Shown piece by piece: positions 29,803 through 38,666 of a stretch of 64,000 nt of DNA; positions within the stretch are counted from its first letter, which is position 1, and each line of letters opens with the position of its first letter. The notes beneath the pieces are model-generated. The model was not told the DNA's origin. It searched no databases and saw only the letters and a program-made list of their open reading frames with translations. The DNA lies in the sequence record SRR31156797_2835, one strand, 5' to 3'. The translations under genes and the position numbers were made by a program.

Positions 29803-31723
29803 AGCTCATTCCTCCTGCTTCGAAAGGCGACTTTGCAGCATCAAGTATCAACTGCACAGCCTCCTCCAATGAAACCAATCCGGGGTCTTCTCCGTCTCGT
29901 GAACGAATATTGACACACCCGGCCTCAACCTCTTTATCACCGATTACCAACATATACGGGATTTTCTCAACTTGAGCTTCCCGAATCTTATAGCCAAGCT
30001 TCTCGTTGCGGGTGTCCGCTTCGACACGGATTCCCTTGCTTGCCAACAAGGCTTTGGCTTTATTCACAAAATCAAGCTGTGCATCCGTAACGTTCATAAG
30101 ACGCGCTTGAACCGGAGCCAGCCAAACAGGATACGCACCTGCACAGTGTTCCGTCAAGACGCCAATGAAACGTTCAATGGAACCAAGCATGGCCCGATGG
30201 ATCATTACAGGGCGATGCCGTTCACCATCCTCGCCGACATATACTATGTCAAAGCGATCTGGCAAGGTGAAATCGACCTGAATAGTGCCGCACTGCCAGG
30301 AACGTCCGATGGAATCACGCAAATGAAAGTCGATCTTGGGTCCGTAAAAGGCACCGTCACCCTCATTAATGGCATATTCCAAACCGGATTCGTTCAAAGC
30401 CTCGCGCAAGGCTTCGGTGGCGACATTCCAATCCTCATCTGAACCAATGGACTTTTCAGGACGAGTAGAAAGCTCCACATCGAACTCGTAGTCAAACAGG
30501 GAATAAATGTCCTGATAAAATTTGATGAGATCAATGATTTCCTCAGAAATCTGGTCCGGGCGGCAAATAAGATGAGCATCATCCTGAGTAAAGGTACGCA
30601 CGCGCATGAGGCCATGCAACACGCCGGATTTCTCATGACGGTGAACGACACCCAGTTCAAAATACCGCTGGGGAAGCTCTCGGTAGCTCATGATCTTACG
30701 CTTGTAAATGATCATATGAGCCAAGCAGTTCATGGGCTTGATGCCGTAAGCCTGCTCGTCAATTTCCGTGAAATACATATTTTCACGATAATTCTCGTAG
30801 TGACCGGACTTTTCCCACATCTCACGCTTAAGAATGAGCGGCCCCTGAACGAGGTCATACCCACGCTTCAGGTGTTCCTTGCGCTCGAAATCCTCAAGGA
30901 TTGCACGAAGCAACATGCCTTTGGGATGCCACAAAGGCATACCGGGACCGACTTCGTCATTGAAGGAAAAGAGGTCAAGCTGCTTGCCGAGCTTACGATG
31001 ATCACGCTTTTTGGCTTCTTCCAAACGGAACAGGTGCTTCTTGAGCGCCTTGGGGTCCTGCCATGCAGTACCGTAGATACGCTGAAGCTGTTTGTTCTTT
31101 TCGTCGCCACGCCAGTACGCACCAGCCACGGACAAAAGCTTGAAGGCTTTTATCATGCCGGTACGCGCAACGTGCGGGCCGCGGCACAAGTCCGCGAAGT
31201 CGCCATGCGTGTAAATGGAAAATTCTTCTTCGCCAAGGTCGTCCATGATTTCGGGCTTATACTCTTCACCCATGTCAGAAAAAAACTTCTTGGCCTCTTC
31301 CTTGGACATGGTTGAACGAACAAATTCCTTATTGGCCCCCACAGAACTGAGCATCTCTTTCTCGATGGCTTCCAGATCTTCAGGAGTAAACGGACGTTCG
31401 TAATCAAAATCATAGTAGAATCCGTCCTGAATGGCCGGACCAATAGTCACCTTGGCGGTGGGGAACAATTTTTTGACAGCTTCGGCCATGAGATGAGCCG
31501 CGGAGTGGCGGATAACGCCCAGCCCCTCTTCGCTGTCAGCGAAGACGGGCTCGATGGTAGTACAAGGAGTCGGCACGGCAGTGGACATGTCCAAAATGGT
31601 GTCTTCGCACTTGGCGGCGACGACCTTCTTAAACTGTTTCTTTGACAGGCCCTCTTGCAGGGCATCGGCACAGGATGCACCGTCGGCCAATTCAACTGGA
31701 TTGCCAGCGACTTCGATCTGCAC
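29786..31723 (-). CDS. thrS: Threonine-tRNA ligase
   Basis: [48 protein letters not shown] start with AAGGAG SD. Confidence 0.98.
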   Translation of the reverse strand: MQIEVAGNPVELADGASCADALQEGLSKKQFKKVVAAKCEDTILDMSTAVPTPCTTIEPVFADSEEGLGVIRHSAAHLMAEAVKKLFPTAKVTIGPAIQDGFYYDFDYERPFTPEDLEAIEKEMLSSVGANKEFVRSTMSKEEAKKFFSDMGEEYKPEIMDDLGEEEFSIYTHGDFADLCRGPHVARTGMIKAFKLLSVAGAYWRGDEKNKQLQRIYGTAWQDPKALKKHLFRLEEAKKRDHRKLGKQLDLFSFNDEVGPGMPLWHPKGMLLRAILEDFERKEHLKRGYDLVQGPLILKREMWEKSGHYENYRENMYFTEIDEQAYGIKPMNCLAHMIIYKRKIMSYRELPQRYFELGVVHRHEKSGVLHGLMRVRTFTQDDAHLICRPDQISEEIIDLIKFYQDIYSLFDYEFDVELSTRPEKSIGSDEDWNVATEALREALNESGLEYAINEGDGAFYGPKIDFHLRDSIGRSWQCGTIQVDFTLPDRFDIVYVGEDGERHRPVMIHRAMLGSIERFIGVLTEHCAGAYPVWLAPVQARLMNVTDAQLDFVNKAKALLASKGIRVEADTRNEKLGYKIREAQVEKIPYMLVIGDKEVEAGCVNIRSRDGEDPGLVSLEEAVQLILDAAKSPFEAGGMSYSFSG

Positions 31724-31806
31724 TTCTTATACTCCTTGGTCCGACAAAACGCCGGAAGCTGTTAACGAAGAAAGGGAGGCCTGAGGCCTCCCTTCCGGGG
31801 ATGTTC

Positions 31807-31881
31807 TGGTAGGCGCGGAGGGATTTGAACCCACGACCCTTTGCACGTCAAGCAAATGCTCTCCCCCTGAGCTACGCGCCT
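31807..31881 (-). tRNA. tRNA-Val(GAC)
   Basis: Minus strand AGGCGCGTAGCTCAGGGGGAGAGCATTTGCTTGACGTGCAAAGGGTCGTGGGTTCAAATCCCTCCGCGCCTACCA; cloverleaf, anticodon GAC, encoded CCA. Confidence 0.97.
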
Positions 31882-31900
31882 TCTCGTTGAAGCGAGACGG

Positions 31901-31929
31901 AAAGTATCCGCGAGGCCGGTTGTTGTCAA
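31901..31929 (-). promoter_or_regulatory. sigma70 promoter for tRNA-Val (and probably the thrS operon)
   Basis: TTGACA-17 nt-TACTTT with an AT-rich UP-like tract upstream. Confidence 0.7.
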
Positions 31930-32148
31930 GCGGGATTTTAATCTTTTTTCATTTTTTTTACTATTGCACAACACGACTTACCAACCAGAATGATTTCAAC
32001 CCTGCTTTCATCCTCTCAAACTAATTCTAATTGCCGGCACACTGTAGTCATGTATGATCTGACTAATAGTACGCCTTCCCCCTTGATATGAACAGTACTT
32101 TTGCCCTCAATATCTGATTATTCAATAGGTTAAAGGAGGTATCAATCC

Positions 32149-33843
32149 ATGATTGACATCACAACAAGTACTGTGACGGCATGGATAGAGCTTGCTGGAC
32201 ACCCCTTTAGCGTTGCAATTCTGACGACGATCATTTGTTACGGGATACACCTGTTATGGAAAAAGACACGCCACCTCAACTCCAGTACAAAAGCCGACGC
32301 ACACTACAAAGACGCACAACGTCTGGCTCACATAGGACACTGGGAATACTTTTTCGACACGAATCATCTTATCTGGTCGGATGAAGTTTACCGAATATTT
32401 GGTCTGAGCAAAAAGGATTTCGATAACACATTGGAAGGATTTTATAGCCTTATCCACCCCGACGACCGTGAAGAGGTTCGTGTTCAATACAATCAAGCGA
32501 TAAAAAATAATGAAAATTATGAAGCTGTTCACCGAATCATCCGCAAAGACGGCCAAACAGCGTACGTTCAAGAGCATTGTCATACATACTTTGACAACAA
32601 AGGCCGCGCCCGACGATCATTAGGAACTATTCAGGACGTGACGGTGCAAGAGGTCGCAGAAAATGAATTACGACGAGCGAAACATGAAGCTGAATCTGCA
32701 ACCCGAGCCAAAAGCGCTTTTCTCGCCACTATGAGTCATGAAATTCGTACCCCACTCAACGGCATACTTGGTATGCTTCAATTACTCGCAACAACGTCCC
32801 TTGATAAAGAACAAAAAGAATACGTAAATTGGGCAACAACCTCATCGGAACGTTTGTCAGATCTTCTTTTTGACATTCTTGAACTTACTGAACTCGCAAC
32901 CAACAGAATTGAAATTGGTCGAGAACTCTTCAATATCCATAAAACCGTTTCTGACGTCGTTGAAATTTTTTCTAACAAAGCAAAACAAAAAGGATTACTT
33001 CTTCAGTTAAACATAAATGACAACCTCCCAACCATGATTCTGGGAGACGAAGCCCGGTTAAGGCATGTCCTCTTCAATCTTATCGGCAATGCCGTCAAAT
33101 TTACCGAGCATGGTAATGTCTCGGTCGACGTAACAGCTCTCTCCGACCACTCAAATGCCACCCTCCCTGTTTTATTCATAATCACCGATACAGGGCCGGG
33201 TATTCCTGATGAAATCATGCACATGATGGTTGAACCTTTCACTCAAGCCGAAGACGCGATGGTCCGAAAGCATGGCGGTGCAGGGCTGGGACTTTCCATA
33301 GTCCAAGGGTTATCCAAACTCATGGCCGGTACTTTGGCAATATCTACGAAGGAAGGAATGGGCACCGAGATATACTTATGCCTCCCTCTAGAGGCTCCTG
33401 GCGACTCTCATGCGGCCTCACTCGTTGTCCACCCACCCCCTGTTGGCCAACATGGTGAACACAAAGTCCTGTTGGTTGAAGATGACGCTGTCAATCAAAC
33501 GGCTCTCAGCACACTTTTGCGCAAACAGGGACTGCATGTCGACATAGCCCAAAACGGGCAAGAAGCTCTGGAAAAAATACGCAGCGAGAACCACCGCCTC
33601 ATTTTCATGGATATCCAGATGCCAATCATGGATGGCATGGAAGCCACCCATGCAATACGTGAAGGTCAAGCAGGAACCGGAAAATCCGACATCCCTATTA
33701 TCGCCCTGACAGCCTATGCCATGGCTGGTGACAGAAAACGCTTCCTTCAAGCGGGCATGAATGACTATCTGCCCAAACCGGTAAGCATTGAAGGACTGCA
33801 GAAAGTGCTCGACAGAGAAATCGGCCAAAGGGTGAACAGATAA
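32149..33843 (+). CDS. Hybrid sensor histidine kinase (TM, PAS, HisKA, HATPase, receiver)
   Basis: IGHWEY..WSDEVYRIFG PAS; FLATMSHEIRTPLNG; NLIGNAVKFT; DTGPGI; GAGLGL; FMDIQMP. Confidence 0.95.
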   Translation: MIDITTSTVTAWIELAGHPFSVAILTTIICYGIHLLWKKTRHLNSSTKADAHYKDAQRLAHIGHWEYFFDTNHLIWSDEVYRIFGLSKKDFDNTLEGFYSLIHPDDREEVRVQYNQAIKNNENYEAVHRIIRKDGQTAYVQEHCHTYFDNKGRARRSLGTIQDVTVQEVAENELRRAKHEAESATRAKSAFLATMSHEIRTPLNGILGMLQLLATTSLDKEQKEYVNWATTSSERLSDLLFDILELTELATNRIEIGRELFNIHKTVSDVVEIFSNKAKQKGLLLQLNINDNLPTMILGDEARLRHVLFNLIGNAVKFTEHGNVSVDVTALSDHSNATLPVLFIITDTGPGIPDEIMHMMVEPFTQAEDAMVRKHGGAGLGLSIVQGLSKLMAGTLAISTKEGMGTEIYLCLPLEAPGDSHAASLVVHPPPVGQHGEHKVLLVEDDAVNQTALSTLLRKQGLHVDIAQNGQEALEKIRSENHRLIFMDIQMPIMDGMEATHAIREGQAGTGKSDIPIIALTAYAMAGDRKRFLQAGMNDYLPKPVSIEGLQKVLDREIGQRVNR

Positions 33844-33892
33844 CCTTATTCATGATGAAATGAAGCATTTGAAGAACCGAGACTTCTTAAAT

Positions 33893-33928
33893 GAAAGGCC
33901 CGTCCTGCATTTGCAGGACGGGCCTTTC
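33893..33928. terminator. Hairpin terminator between convergent genes
   Basis: GAAAGGCCCGTCCTGCA-tt-TGCAGGACGGGCCTTTC. Confidence 0.8.
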
Positions 33929-33948
33929 CATTTCAATTTCATCAAAAT

Positions 33949-34638
33949 CTACCCAATGGAGGCCAGAGCTTCACTTGCCATATCTCCGACAGTCAAATAT
34001 CTGATCACACCATCCTTGAACGTCCGAATCTCGGAATCATCATCCTTCATTGCCTCAAGCTTGCCCTTCGCTCCTTCAGCCTTGATCAAACCAAGGACCC
34101 AGGCAGCATACGCCCGATTATAGGCATCAGGGTCATCAAGCCCCACGATCAGAAAACGTTCGCCGTGAGCAACTAATTCAGGCCGCACGCTGGCCAGTCG
34201 AGCCAAGCCCCAATAAACATCACGCCTCAATTCGGGATGATCGAGAAAATTACCATCGCATTCGGCATCACAAAAGATGTAAGACACCAGAATCTTATGA
34301 AACTCCTTGGCGACCTTTTCATTTTGGACCATGGCCTCGGCCATGAAGTGCGGGATACTCCAACCAAGATTGCCGGATTCCTCGTTCATGTGCCACATAA
34401 GTGTACGCATAAGGGTGCGAGTCTTCTCCATGGACGCTTCCGCTAAACGAGAAACAGCCCGACCAAATGCGGGGACCGTGTGCCAACGAACAGCCTCTTC
34501 TCGATCAAGCCGCAAATTCAACAATGGCGGCATCAAGTCTCCGGGGGGAAACGCATCCAACTCCACCAATCGTTCCTGCCAATTATCATCTATGAGTATT
34601 TCACGAACTGCCTTCTTCGTGCTGCGAAACTTTGACAT
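33949..34638 (-). CDS. HEAT-repeat protein (DVU0298-like family)
   Basis: LMWHMNEESGNLGW motif, HEAT-like LDDPD..RAYAAWVLG; AGGAG SD before MSKFRS. Confidence 0.7.
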   Translation of the reverse strand: MSKFRSTKKAVREILIDDNWQERLVELDAFPPGDLMPPLLNLRLDREEAVRWHTVPAFGRAVSRLAEASMEKTRTLMRTLMWHMNEESGNLGWSIPHFMAEAMVQNEKVAKEFHKILVSYIFCDAECDGNFLDHPELRRDVYWGLARLASVRPELVAHGERFLIVGLDDPDAYNRAYAAWVLGLIKAEGAKGKLEAMKDDDSEIRTFKDGVIRYLTVGDMASEALASIG

Positions 34639-34726
34639 ATCAACTCCTACAAAGAATAAGGGGACCGCCAAACTGACGGTCCCCCTAGTATAATCATCTT
34701 TTCGATGCAGGCAATAGGAATAATTC

Positions 34727-35350
34727 CTATTTATTATTTTCTTCCACTTCCTTCTTGAAATCTTCGGGCACTTCAAAGCCGGATTCTTCAGCCTTGGCTA
34801 TACACTTGGCAGCATCTGCCCAGTGGCCAAAGTGAGCGTCTACAATAGCTTTGTTGTTCCAAGCCGGACCAAAGTGAGACTGCTTTTCAAGGATTTTCTT
34901 CAGCAGCTTGTCAGCCTCCTCATAATCACTCATGGCGATAAACAAAGAAGACATTGTGGCTTGAGCCTGAGCAAATTCAGGGTCATACTTGAGAGCCTTT
35001 TTCAAAGCTTTGTGGGCCTTGTCATAGTCTCCCTGCTGCATGAGAATAAAACCGATGTTCCCCCAAGGCACGGCAAAGAACGGACGTTGCTGAGTCGCCT
35101 GAATATTGTAGTTCAAGCAGGACTCCATATCGTCACGCTGCAAGGCGATACCGCCGAGCTGCACATACCCTTCTGCCATACGCGGAGAATGAGCGACGGC
35201 ATCGAGAAATTCACGTTCAGCCTCCATAAAATCCCGGCGAGACAGATATGCCACGCCCAAATTGTAATGGGTATTACCGCAGGAGGGGTTTGCTTCCAAC
35301 TTGGCTTTGAGATCCGCAATGTACTCGTCAAGATTGTCGAATTTTTCCAT
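34727..35350 (-). CDS. Tetratricopeptide repeat protein
   Basis: HYNLGVAY, PWGNIG, AWNNKA TPR units. Confidence 0.88.
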   Translation of the reverse strand: MEKFDNLDEYIADLKAKLEANPSCGNTHYNLGVAYLSRRDFMEAEREFLDAVAHSPRMAEGYVQLGGIALQRDDMESCLNYNIQATQQRPFFAVPWGNIGFILMQQGDYDKAHKALKKALKYDPEFAQAQATMSSLFIAMSDYEEADKLLKKILEKQSHFGPAWNNKAIVDAHFGHWADAAKCIAKAEESGFEVPEDFKKEVEENNK

Positions 35351-35365
35351 GGCGTTGTATCCTTC

Positions 35366-35731
35366 TTATGGCTCGATGCCGTGTTTTTTACAATGCTCTG
35401 CATACCAGAGACAAAAATCATAAATAGGACGAACTTTTTCAAAGTTCATGACCATCATGACATTAAATTCATTGACCTGATCAATGTACTCCTGATTGCT
35501 GTGCTTCCCTGATTCACGAATAAAAAGCTGGGAAAGTTGAGCCGAAGTATATCCGGTCTTATCCTGCCGGATATCAATGGGATCAAATGGAGCTGCAAAC
35601 GGGTCCCAATTCTCATAGCCCATGCGATCAACGAATTTGCGACGCCTTTTCGACATCTTTTCGTACATGAACTTCTTGCGAGCCTCGATATCCTGATCGG
35701 ACATCTCCTCGTAGTTGACTGTCTTGGTCAT
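35366..35731 (-). CDS. Hypothetical protein (GYENWDPF..P.DP motif)
   Basis: 121-aa ORF translationally coupled (TAATG overlap) to the upstream YkgJ gene. Confidence 0.75.
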   Translation of the reverse strand: MTKTVNYEEMSDQDIEARKKFMYEKMSKRRRKFVDRMGYENWDPFAAPFDPIDIRQDKTGYTSAQLSQLFIRESGKHSNQEYIDQVNEFNVMMVMNFEKVRPIYDFCLWYAEHCKKHGIEP

Positions 35732-36564
35732 TATTTTTTCCCACCGCCGAGAACAATGGACTCGCCACAGGTCTCACACGCAGATTTGGACTGAGTGCAT
35801 GTTGAACACGCTTCAGATTTGGGCGCATCGGGGGCGACAATTTCTTCGGGAGCAGCCTTGGGTGCCTTCTGCTCCAGTTCGTCAACCCGCTCTTTGGGGA
35901 TGGTCAAATTCACACGTTCACCCACACCCAAATAGTGTTCATCGTACTCTGTCACCAAAGCCATGGACAACGGCAACAGCATTTCGCTCAATTCCTTGAA
36001 CCGGCTCCCTATGCCTTCCTGCAAGTCCTTGCCAATAGCGAGCAATTTATCGAGGAGGATATCCATATTGACTGTTGGGTATTTTTCGCCCCCCTTGAAA
36101 CCGGTCTTGTTACAGGTATGAGCTACACCGCCAATGGAAGTGGGCACACCATACAACCGACAGGTTATAGGACGATTCTCGTAGATGGAACACAAATCGT
36201 TGTCATCCAGCATGGGGCAACGCACACGGGCCTTGGCAACTTCCAACAAAATATCATTGGTGGGCTGCCCAGCCTGGCTTGCCTTATAGACTTTACGCTT
36301 GAGCTTATGAATCTGGCGGTCGGCCTGATCGGCACGGGTCATGATGACAGACCGTTCCAAGCCGGAAAATTTTTCATTGAATTTGGCATTGATGTACATG
36401 GCTTCAACCAAAGTGACATCAAACAGGGCGTAACAACAGTCACTACACCCCTTACCACATTTAACCAGATCACCCATTTCATTTTCAAACTTCTTGAAAA
36501 CGGCATCGACCTCGGCCACAACGGCTTCGTACTTTTCAAAATACTCGGTAAAATCAAGCGCCAT
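35731..36564 (-). CDS. YkgJ-family (CxxCxxCC) Fe-S/Zn cluster protein with Cys-rich C-tail
   Basis: CGKGCSDCC, CPML...CSIYENRPITCRLYG; GAGGAG SD before MALDF. Confidence 0.88.
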   Translation of the reverse strand: MALDFTEYFEKYEAVVAEVDAVFKKFENEMGDLVKCGKGCSDCCYALFDVTLVEAMYINAKFNEKFSGLERSVIMTRADQADRQIHKLKRKVYKASQAGQPTNDILLEVAKARVRCPMLDDNDLCSIYENRPITCRLYGVPTSIGGVAHTCNKTGFKGGEKYPTVNMDILLDKLLAIGKDLQEGIGSRFKELSEMLLPLSMALVTEYDEHYLGVGERVNLTIPKERVDELEQKAPKAAPEEIVAPDAPKSEACSTCTQSKSACETCGESIVLGGGKK

Positions 36565-36745
36565 TACTAAATGCTCCTCGTCAAATCTGCACAAATCGTT
36601 ACAGGACCGTGGTGGTGTTGTGTCCAGTTAATTAAGTCGTGAATTGAAGCCGTCAACCGTACCGAGGGAAGAAAAATGGAACGGTGAGCCCCGAAGATAA
36701 AAAAAGACGCCCGGAGGCGGTAGGACGGCATGGTTTGCCAATGTT

Positions 36746-36792
36746 AAAAAAATGGAAGGGAGCAGCAGCATAAACTGCCACTCCCTAAACCA
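36746..36792 (-). terminator. Intrinsic terminator after ferredoxin
   Basis: AGGGAGTGGCAG...CTGCTGCTCCCT stem followed by T7 on the minus strand. Confidence 0.65.
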
Positions 36793-36810
36793 TATTCAGA
36801 ACAATAAAGA

Positions 36811-36999
36811 CTAGTTCTCTTCGATAGTGATAGCGTCGGATTCGCAAACCTCAACGCAGGACTCACAACCGAGACATTCGTCTTCGTTAACTGCAACGGC
36901 TTTGCCGTCCTGAAGTTCGTAAACTTCAACGGGGCAAACGTCTACGCATTCGCCGTCGCCGGTGCACTTGTCAGTGTCGATAGTAATAGTGTAGCCCAT
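36811..36999 (-). CDS. Dicluster ferredoxin, 62 aa, CxxDxxC first motif
   Basis: MGYTITIDTDKCTGDGECVDVCP...CLGCESCVEVC; GGAGG SD. Confidence 0.95.
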   Translation of the reverse strand: MGYTITIDTDKCTGDGECVDVCPVEVYELQDGKAVAVNEDECLGCESCVEVCESDAITIEEN

Positions 37000-37281
37000 T
37001 TTTTCCTCCAGAAAATAATTTGGGACGCCCGCATTGCGGGCCTGTTCTTGTGTGTCGGCAGCCATACAAGACGGATATCGGCACACTCATTCGTATTTAA
37101 TCCGGTCAAAAAAGCCGGACACGAATTGCTGATATAACCAAGGCCGTCCTGTGTCAAGACATGAAACAGCTTTTCAAAGTATGGGACAAATCCTCGGGGC
37201 AGTTCAATTAGGTTGTTATACACATCATACTTGTTTATCCTCCGAGTCCGAAAACGCATCTTTAAACTCATAAGGATATAT

Positions 37282-38484
37282 ATGTTTACCCAAAAAGAAC
37301 TCAGAAAATATGCTGAAACCCTGTGGTGGGGGCTCTCCACCGCTCGCACCAAACCTTACCAGCCCGGCGATTTCGTCCTGCTCCGCTTCGACAAGGATGC
37401 ACTGCCTCTCGCTGAAACCATGTTCGAACTGCTCATGGAAAAAGGCATCAATCCTGTGCCTCGTCAAAACATGACCTCCAATATGGAATTGTCATTCTAT
37501 GGCAAAGGCACTGAAGCTCAGCTCACAGATATTCCGGCTGGCGACAAGGAATTCGTTGGCAACCTCAACGGTTTGATTTCACTCATCGCACCTTCTTCTC
37601 TGACCCACCTTCAAAACGTGGACCCCAAAAGAATTGGGCAGGCCGCCGTTGCCCGCAAGTTCATGCGGGACATCATGGAAAAACGCGAACAGACTGGCGA
37701 TTTCGGCTGGACGCTCTGCATATATCCGACCAAGGCTCTCGCTGAAGCAGCCGGATTGTCCATGGACGAATTCAAGGCCCAGGTTGTTAAAGCCTGCTTC
37801 CTCGACGCAGAAAACCCGCCAGCCAAATGGGCTGAAATTTTCGAGCAAGCTGAAAAAGTCAAAGGATGGCTCAACAATCTCGACATTGAACACATCAACG
37901 TCAAAACCGACAACACAGACCTCATCGTAGTTCCGGGCAAGGATCGACGTTGGCTTGGAGTATCCGGTCATAACATTCCTTCCTTTGAAATCTTCCTTTC
38001 TCCTGACTGGCGCGGCACTGAAGGTGTCTACTACGCCGACCAACCTTCATTCCGATCCGGTAACTTCGTGGAAGGCGTCAAATTAACCTTTGAAAAAGGT
38101 ATTGCCGTCAAGACCGAAGCCAAAACCGGCGGCGAATTCGTTGCCAAGCAATTGACGTTGGACGAAGGCGCCAACCGACTCGGTGAATTCTCCCTGACAG
38201 ACCGCAGATTCTCCAAAATCAACGCATTCATGGCAAACACATTATTCGACGAAAACTTTGGTGGCGATCAGGGCAACTGCCACGTCGCGGTTGGCGCATC
38301 CTACGCCGACACCTATGCAGGGGATCAGTCCACGTTGGATGATGCCAAGAAAAAAGAACTTGGATTCAATGATTCCGCCCTGCATTGGGATTTGGTCAAC
38401 ACAGAACAAAAGACCGTCACAGCCACCCTCAAGGGCGGCGAAGAACTGGTCATCTACAAAGACGGACAGTTCCAACACGACTAG
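37282..38484 (+). CDS. Aminopeptidase, M29 (AmpS/AmpT) family
   Basis: NIPSFEIF, LGEFSL, TLFDEN, HVAVGASY, GFNDSALHWD. Confidence 0.9.
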   Translation: MFTQKELRKYAETLWWGLSTARTKPYQPGDFVLLRFDKDALPLAETMFELLMEKGINPVPRQNMTSNMELSFYGKGTEAQLTDIPAGDKEFVGNLNGLISLIAPSSLTHLQNVDPKRIGQAAVARKFMRDIMEKREQTGDFGWTLCIYPTKALAEAAGLSMDEFKAQVVKACFLDAENPPAKWAEIFEQAEKVKGWLNNLDIEHINVKTDNTDLIVVPGKDRRWLGVSGHNIPSFEIFLSPDWRGTEGVYYADQPSFRSGNFVEGVKLTFEKGIAVKTEAKTGGEFVAKQLTLDEGANRLGEFSLTDRRFSKINAFMANTLFDENFGGDQGNCHVAVGASYADTYAGDQSTLDDAKKKELGFNDSALHWDLVNTEQKTVTATLKGGEELVIYKDGQFQHD

Positions 38485-38666
38485 AAAATGGAGGAGCCTC
38501 CGGTGGCTGGGTGAAGGGAGGGGAAAAACCTTAAAGAGGGCTCTTCTCCTCCCTTTTCCCAACTTTTTATTGCCGCTTTGCGGATTTTCTTTGCTATGTT
38601 TGGCGGATTTTTGTTGTCGGAATGTTTGAGGGAAGTGTTCCGAATTGATGTAAGGAGTTAGCAAGA

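Noticed and set aside
31807-33843. Genomic island integrated at tRNA-Val
   Set aside because: No integrase and no duplicated tRNA 3' end; the kinase lies on the tRNA 5' side
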